Assembly: GCA_051362555.1 (NCBI GenBank)
Contig: CM120643.1
Coordinates: 24,246,848-24,310,847 of the forward strand
DNA length: 64,000 nucleotides
Source of the DNA: Lingula anatina
Lineage: Eukaryota > Animalia > Brachiopoda
Direction of reading: 5' to 3'
Shown here one piece after another: positions 57,201 through 64,000 of this stretch. The number at the start of each line of letters is the position of its first letter. Position 1 is the first letter of the stretch. The notes under the pieces were generated by a model, which worked only from the letters and a program-made list of their open reading frames with translations, was not told the origin of the DNA and did no database searches. Both the position numbers and the translations under genes were made by a program.

Positions 57201-59880
57201 CTATACATTGTACCACGTGGATTGTGGTCAGTTACAACTGTAAAATGCCGTGCTTACGGTCTGCAGGTGGCCGTGAATGAACAGCCACAGCCATGGGTCT
57301 GCTTACTGCTGGTGTAAAAAAAGAACCTTTTGAGAACAGTATGAGTGGCTCTTGAGTGCAATGAACTGGTCACGAAACGATCGAGCCGCGTCACGAATCA
57401 GGTCACGAGCCACGTCACGAGTCATACCTCACCGAGCAGAAGAAAAAAACTGTGCCCAAAAGAAAGCAAATTGGTACCAGCACGTTCAAATTGAAATTGT
57501 AGACAACCACTGCCCTTGGGAAGTGTTAACGTCCTTGCTTTTGTTTATCTATTTCGCTAGGCCTGGTTAAGCTTTTTGAATGTTTGGTAGAGTGATGAGA
57601 AATTAGTCAAGCAAATGATTTGAAACTAACGCGTGTTTAAAACACGTTTGATTGATGAAGGACAGCCTAAATGCGACTCACGCTTTTACTACTTTTTTGT
57701 CCACTGGTGTTTTTCATTGGGCCTAAAGACTACCGTAGCGCCATCACCAAAATACTTGCCCCTGTCACACGTCGTGACACTAACTCGGTGACAACGAACT
57801 TTTAGTGTGCATGCGACGTTTTTGTTTTCCCGCACGTTGCTGCAAGAATCAATTTATGCTAAGATCTAATATATCCGTTTATTAGATCTTAAATTTATGC
57901 AAACAAAAGTTTGTGCCATAAAAAACTCTTTAATTAGCAGTGTTCCTTTGCATTTATTAATTCAACCGCCCTAATTTCAACCCACATAAAATGAAAAGAA
58001 ATATTCTATGTATTCAATAACACAGACTGCACAATTTTGCTGTTTGTAACAATGTGGGAAACACGAGCGTTTCAACATGGTAAAGATGAACTAGGGAATG
58101 GACTATACGGAGAAATGTATCTCATGGCAATGAGATAGTAGGCCTATATGGGACGAATGCCACCTGTACAAAGGGGAACGGACTATGGCTCCTAGAGGAC
58201 TTCCCTTCCTGTCACACTGGTATTAGGCCTACTTTTACTTCAAGAGACGTAGGCCTACCGAGTTTTTGAAGTCCAAATGGACAAGCTCCTTCAGTTTCAC
58301 CCTTTGCTTGTCCCATTAGCTATGGACATTTGCATTGAAAATGAAGCGGATATGCATTGCATGGACGCGAATTATGACTGAGATTGTAAAATTGTACGCG
58401 TTCGTTAGTCTCGCGACTTGCGGCTTAAAGGGAAAAAAAAAGAAAGAAAGAAAAACGAACCGAGCTTGCGGCACTCTTCTGGTAGGCCTATCAGAGCACT
58501 AGAAGGCAAAGAGCGTCTACAACCTGCTTAACTTTGTCGTTTATCATCCATCCACTTTCTGGCTCCAATCTGATACATTGTAGGAGAGGAGATTATGGCA
58601 TTTTTCAATAATCCAACCTGCGAATTCAGACGTGTGGAATTACTTCCATTCACTATCTTAATTTCCAGCCACAATGATAATATAATCAATCAGGCTATAA
58701 AATGGCCTGCCTTATGAGGCTGCTGAGTATTTTATTTTTATGATATCTATATACATTATACAGACTGTGTGTCACACTTCGTAGGCTTAACATTATTAAT
58801 TTAAAAAAGAAAAAAAGAAGAAAACTTGGTCATTTGCCAATATTTTGTATAGGCTTCCTTTGGGTGCTTACGAAAATTTTGCCAACGTTAGAAAAATAAA
58901 TGTGCCAACTTTGAAATGTAAGGATGACAAGCATGATGAATTACACAGGAAGTATTATTGCGGTAAATTGGTGCTAAAGGTATTCGCACAATTTTTCCAT
59001 CACACATTTTCACAGGATCATCAGTTCGTCTGCACGCCATGCCTAAGTTTGTTGCGTCCCAGCAGCAAATTACGTGAAATAATTTGATTGGTTAAAAAAG
59101 AAAAAAAAATGCACTATCAGCGCGGATCCTGATTAGTGGGTCTCTATACATGTTTCCGTTCAATAGTACATTGTGTGTGCTATTCGTCTTATGCAAATGT
59201 CATTTACAGTGGGAAAGTACGTAATTTTTTCTTGCAGCGGTTTTGACAGTGAATATTACATTTCTTCTAGCGATGTGTCAAGTAGTCTCGAAACGTTCGA
59301 AGGCCAACTTTGACTGTACATATATAACCAAGGAGTTGATTACAACTCGATCATTGATGTAACGTGGGTCTAACCTCCCTCCTCCCCCCCCCCCCTCCCG
59401 CCCCCCTCCCCTCCACACACACACACTGTAGGCCTACTTCTGTTTCGGTACCAGTAGGAAAAATCGGGGAGGAGGGCCTAGTCGTTTTACCTCACCTAAG
59501 AAAGCTGGAATGTAGAGGATCTTATACCTGAGTTCAAGTTCCTTATCTTAACGTTAACCCCAAGTCGTAATGCCAGCTGATGAAAGATGCGCTACCACGC
59601 ACCTACTAGGCCTCCAAGAAGAAGTTATGTCCAAGGCTGCGTATCAGGTGATCACATCGTCGCGCTTTCCAAGTGTCTCATTTAACGCACATTAGTCAAC
59701 AACCTCTTCACAGCCATTCAATACTGAGCGTGCCCAAACATTTAGCACCAACTACCATTACAAGGAACGAGTAATAAAGTTTATTTTGATTCGACGCTAA
59801 AGGCTGCATTAGTAAAAGTATGCACACAAATGTGTTTACCGTCACCAAATAAATTGACCGTGTTAGTATATAGGCCTACA

Positions 59881-60170
59881 AAGGGACGGATCCAGGATTC
59901 GTTGAAAGAGGGGAGGGGGTGGGGCGACTGTTTAGGAATGACAGGCCTCGGATACGAAGCCGTCCCTCGGCCCCCGGGATCGGGGCCCGCTGAATAACCC
60001 CAAAATATAATGGTGTTTTGGAGGTCAAATGGTGCCATTTGGAACGGTTAGGAACTATATATAAGCTAGTCAAATTTCCAATTTAAAATGGAGAATATCA
60101 GTGTGATTTTTTCGGAAACCGAAAGGGGGGAAGTTAGAAACCCCTTGCTCCCGCTCTAAATCCGCCACTG
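59881..60170. mobile_element. hAT-type MITE with an 8-bp TSD
   Basis: GGCCTACA duplicated at 59873-59880 and 60171-60178; imperfect TIRs AAGGGACGGATCCA / TAAATCCGCCACTG. Confidence 0.7.
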
Positions 60171-62433
60171 GGCCTACATGAAGTAATGTTGAAGTGATGA
60201 AATCGTGAAAGGACGGCATTAACATGACCGCGTGTCCTTAGACAGTGATAGCTCAAGAATCGTCCTAGGGAATTCGGGGTTCGTGGTTTTGTTTTCTTTG
60301 ACTGATTTGAATGAACCATTGAAGGGAGTTTTGTGTGAAAAATATGCACATTTATTGGTATCAACGATGCCCCTTGAATCCTGTACTTAGCGACCATCAT
60401 TTCATCCAAATTCATATTCAAAATACCTTACATCATATCCGATTACTTTTCCTTCCTTACACGGTTTCATTACTTTTCTTCATTTGCACCTTACGTAAAA
60501 ATCAATAATAGAGGAGTGTGACGGTATTGAGCAGAAGATAAAAACAGCCTTGTTTAATTAAAAAAAAAAGAAAATGTTGACACTCAATAGGCCTATACTA
60601 AAGAAAGAAAGAAAGAAAAAGAATTGTTCTTCAATACTTGTTCGTGATAAGACATGAACATATAACGTTTAGTTTCAGACCTTTTATTAGCAAAGAAAAT
60701 AAAAGTAGCTACCTTTTCAGTCACCTGAGATGTTGATTTAGTTTTTATATTATTGATATGACAAGAGTGAAGAGAATGACTAGAAAACGATGACCAGAAG
60801 ATGACTGGCTCTTTAGCACGTGACATTGCTGACCACGTGCCATGCACCGCAACAGCTGCTGGTGTCTAGACCACGAGAAAATAAACAAGTACAATATTCC
60901 AGCTTAAGAAGACTTGAATTTCTGTTCTTTTTTTCTTTTTTTTTTTTCTAACGGGGCGGAAGTATTACATTCATGTCCTAAGCGTCGCGTAAGCGTGTGT
61001 ACTCACTTTCAATGTTCACAAATTGATTCAATATACTTGTAAGTTTACGCTGAATTTAGACAGCGTTGGCTCAGCTTTTGCAAGAAAAGGACAGAAAAAT
61101 GTGGCCAAGATTATTTACAGCATTGGAAAGTCTAAGACTGAAGAGAACTGTGCCACGAATAACCTTTACCTGTATTATATCGTCTTATAACGGAGGTTAG
61201 ACCACTTTTCGGTCTTTCATAGTCCCAAGGTGAACGAATGCTTTTTGTTGGGGACCTAACCCCCCGGAGAGTAGGATTTATTGCAATAAAAATTTGGACT
61301 CGGGACCGTTAACTCGTATGAATAATCAAAAACCGACTACGCTCGTAAAAATGAAAAGCTACACGTACCTGGTAGGCCTACGCTAAAGTTAACCTCGTAA
61401 TCTAAAGGAATGCATAAACCGACGTGAGTCTGATCAGAAAGCTCTTCGTTATGTTACACATTGCAGTGCTCTACAAACCCCAAATTCCTTGCCATTAAGA
61501 GAATCTGACTCAGGTCCTGTCACACATTTTAATGATGGTAGACCTACGTTGCATTAACCTACATTGCACAACCTTGGCGTTTAGTCAGACATCTGCTTTA
61601 ACTCAAGTCTGCTTCAGTCTGAGAATATGGGTTACATTTTAGCATACTTAATTAGATTCAGTTGGCTAAGTTGTGCCTCACAAAGAATCCGAAAGCCGCT
61701 AACCTATAAGTACTGTTCTGGAAACCAAGGCTTTTGTAACATTCTCACAGAGGGCAACCCGAGTTTCAAAGATAACTTGGGAGCGTACCAATGTTATCAG
61801 TATGCCCAAACAGTAGAAGCGATCACCGGGCTCGTAGAAACTCAGGGTGTCGATAAAAGCACGTGCCACACAAGGTATAACAGATACACTTGGGAACACA
61901 CGCCTATTATCATTGACGCAAGGGTGACATTAAACCTTTAAAGTGAATGTTCAAATTGTTCGCAGAGAAATGAAAAATATGCAGGGAATACAGTCTACAT
62001 TAACCAGAGTCTGTGATACGCTTACGATATTTAACCTTACCTTCTATTCTAGTTAAAGTTATATTTCCGTGGTTATCGCTGTGCCTAGCGTTTGAGTCTA
62101 TGCAACTTCCTTTCAGTTTGCGAACATCCGCAGCCTTGGGTCTCTTGGTTTAAATAGCTGTCGTAAAAATACAACTTGCACTTTTACCTCTTGACACAGG
62201 AATGTTATTTGCAAGTAAAAACAGGCCACCTGTTTTAAAAGTACGTGAAGACTTATGCGATTGATTAATGCACGAAACAAAAAAGGGGAAATTAGCATGC
62301 GCGAAAGTTTTCGATTCTTGATTTGGTATCACCGCGAATGAGAAATAATACTTTTTAAGGATATAGATTACGGTATAAAATCGAACAGACTGCTTTGGAT
62401 GTGTGTGTATGCGGTTGTGCCCACGCACATGCT

Positions 62434-62467
<34 letters not shown>

Positions 62468-64000
62468 TGGGAAACCGTTAGCTGGAGATTAGAATTGCTC
62501 TGACATGTACGTAATTAAGTTATACACCATTATTTATATAGTTAATATGGTTCTCTTTTCCCTATGATGTCGTAATGTGTTATACAGAGCTAGGCCTGAA
62601 ACCACTAAAAAAAAAAAAAGAGCTCAGAGCTGCTAGTGTGGGTGAAGACTTCATAATATCATTACATCAGTCACTTTAAACTGAACTGGTCTTGGCTTAC
62701 TCCATAAAGTAGACTGAACTAGTAGATTACACTGCCTCAGTTTGCGATGTTTCACACAGCTTATATAATGTTCTGTGCGGGTTGAAGACTGGTACACAGT
62801 TGGGGTTGCACCAAACTACACCAAACTGACTAAAAGATCACCTTCAATTATTGTCCTACGGCTAAATGAGTTCCTGTGATGTTGATACATGTACTAATTA
62901 AATCATTCTGATGACATTGCAGGCGTCGCCCTCTCACCACAATATTAATACCAATTATTGAACAAATTAGTATTGGTCTCTCTATCTCTGTCTCTCTCTC
63001 TCTCTGGCATCATCCGAAAACCGGGGTGGGACCAAGCTTGACCAGATGCTGAAAAAAGGCGCCTCCCCCTTCCCCAAAGGGCCGCATACAGGATATGACA
63101 CGAAAAAATACTAAGTGACTCGACACATTACAAGTACCAAGTGACTTTCATTCATCAACCGGAGGAGTAGCCAACAAAATATACGCCCTAGAGAAGACCA
63201 CTTTTTTTTACTGAGCCAGATTAAAAATAGCACGTACGACAAGTAGGGCCTAATAGGCAATGGATAATCTTTTATCATTTAGCGGACTTCATCAGCTTTC
63301 TCCAACAAGTAGTTTGAAATTTCACAGAAAAGAGGATTTTTTCACCAACGTTTTTTTTTTTCGTGAAAGAGGCCCTTGGCGAAGTATCTTAAGTCCCTGA
63401 CTTGCAGAAAATGCAATGTATACCGTGACACATGCAAGTTTTAACACATTTACACATATTCAGGTGCACACGCGTGCCACAACCCTGGTTTTTACTGCGA
63501 AGACAAGTGATAGCGTAACAGGAGATGTATGAATAAACGAACGAACGAATAAAGGTGTAGGGAAATTGAGCGTTAAGATAAGGCATGTTTATTGTGGATT
63601 TTTTCCATTATTTTATCTATTAAATTTTTTTATGTAGAGGGAGGGGGGTTGGAATGGAGAGAGGTTGGGAAATGGGGAACTTTATACCTGTTGACTTGCC
63701 TGTCACCGAGCATGAATCATAGCATACATATTAGTTGATTAATCTGTCTGGATTTCGTACTAAATATAATAAAGTGGCATTCAACGACTTTCCAAGCTGC
63801 TGTTTGCTACACGGGAGGAGAAACGAGACGCAATATTACATAAAACATGATGTAAGACTTGCAAGGGGCATTCGTGGCATTTTGACGGGTAAAACATTTA
63901 TGCCGTCATGGAGTGCGCACTAAGTTCCAAAGTCAAATATCACGAACAAATATACATTGAGCGGCAATATGCATCTCTTATTTGGTCACTGTGCATACTC

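Noticed and set aside
54300-64000. Short ORFs (60-104 aa) in the right-hand 10 kb
   Set aside because: No recognisable domains or consistent splice chains; many are driven by microsatellites or AT-rich sequence.

Overview
Intron-rich animal genomic DNA, probably an invertebrate (lophotrochozoan-like), not prokaryotic. Five spliced genes were reconstructed by hand from GT-AG boundaries. (1) The 5' end of an ABHD4/ABHD5-like gene (- strand) lies head-to-head with (2) a complete HELLS/LSH chromatin remodeller. (3) A caspase-2-like protease has a signal anchor, a DZIP3-type HEPN domain and a Thr/Pro repeat in place of the usual CARD. (4) About 1.25 kb downstream is a ~2,700-aa membrane-anchored ankyrin + pseudokinase + KEN (RNase L/IRE1-like) protein with a 5.9-kb exon and degenerate kinase and RNase motifs. 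(5) A convergent cytosolic alpha-carbonic anhydrase follows. Introns and intergenic DNA hold an L1/Tx1 LINE, a Rex1/Babar LINE fragment, a pogo/Fot1-like DNA transposon, several MITEs and two classes of probable excision footprints. The most interesting candidate system is the tandem pair TM-HEPN-caspase + TM-ankyrin-pseudokinase-pseudoKEN, a possible invertebrate RNase-L-like immune or cell-death module. That function is inferred, not shown, and all domain calls come from motif recognition, not database searches.
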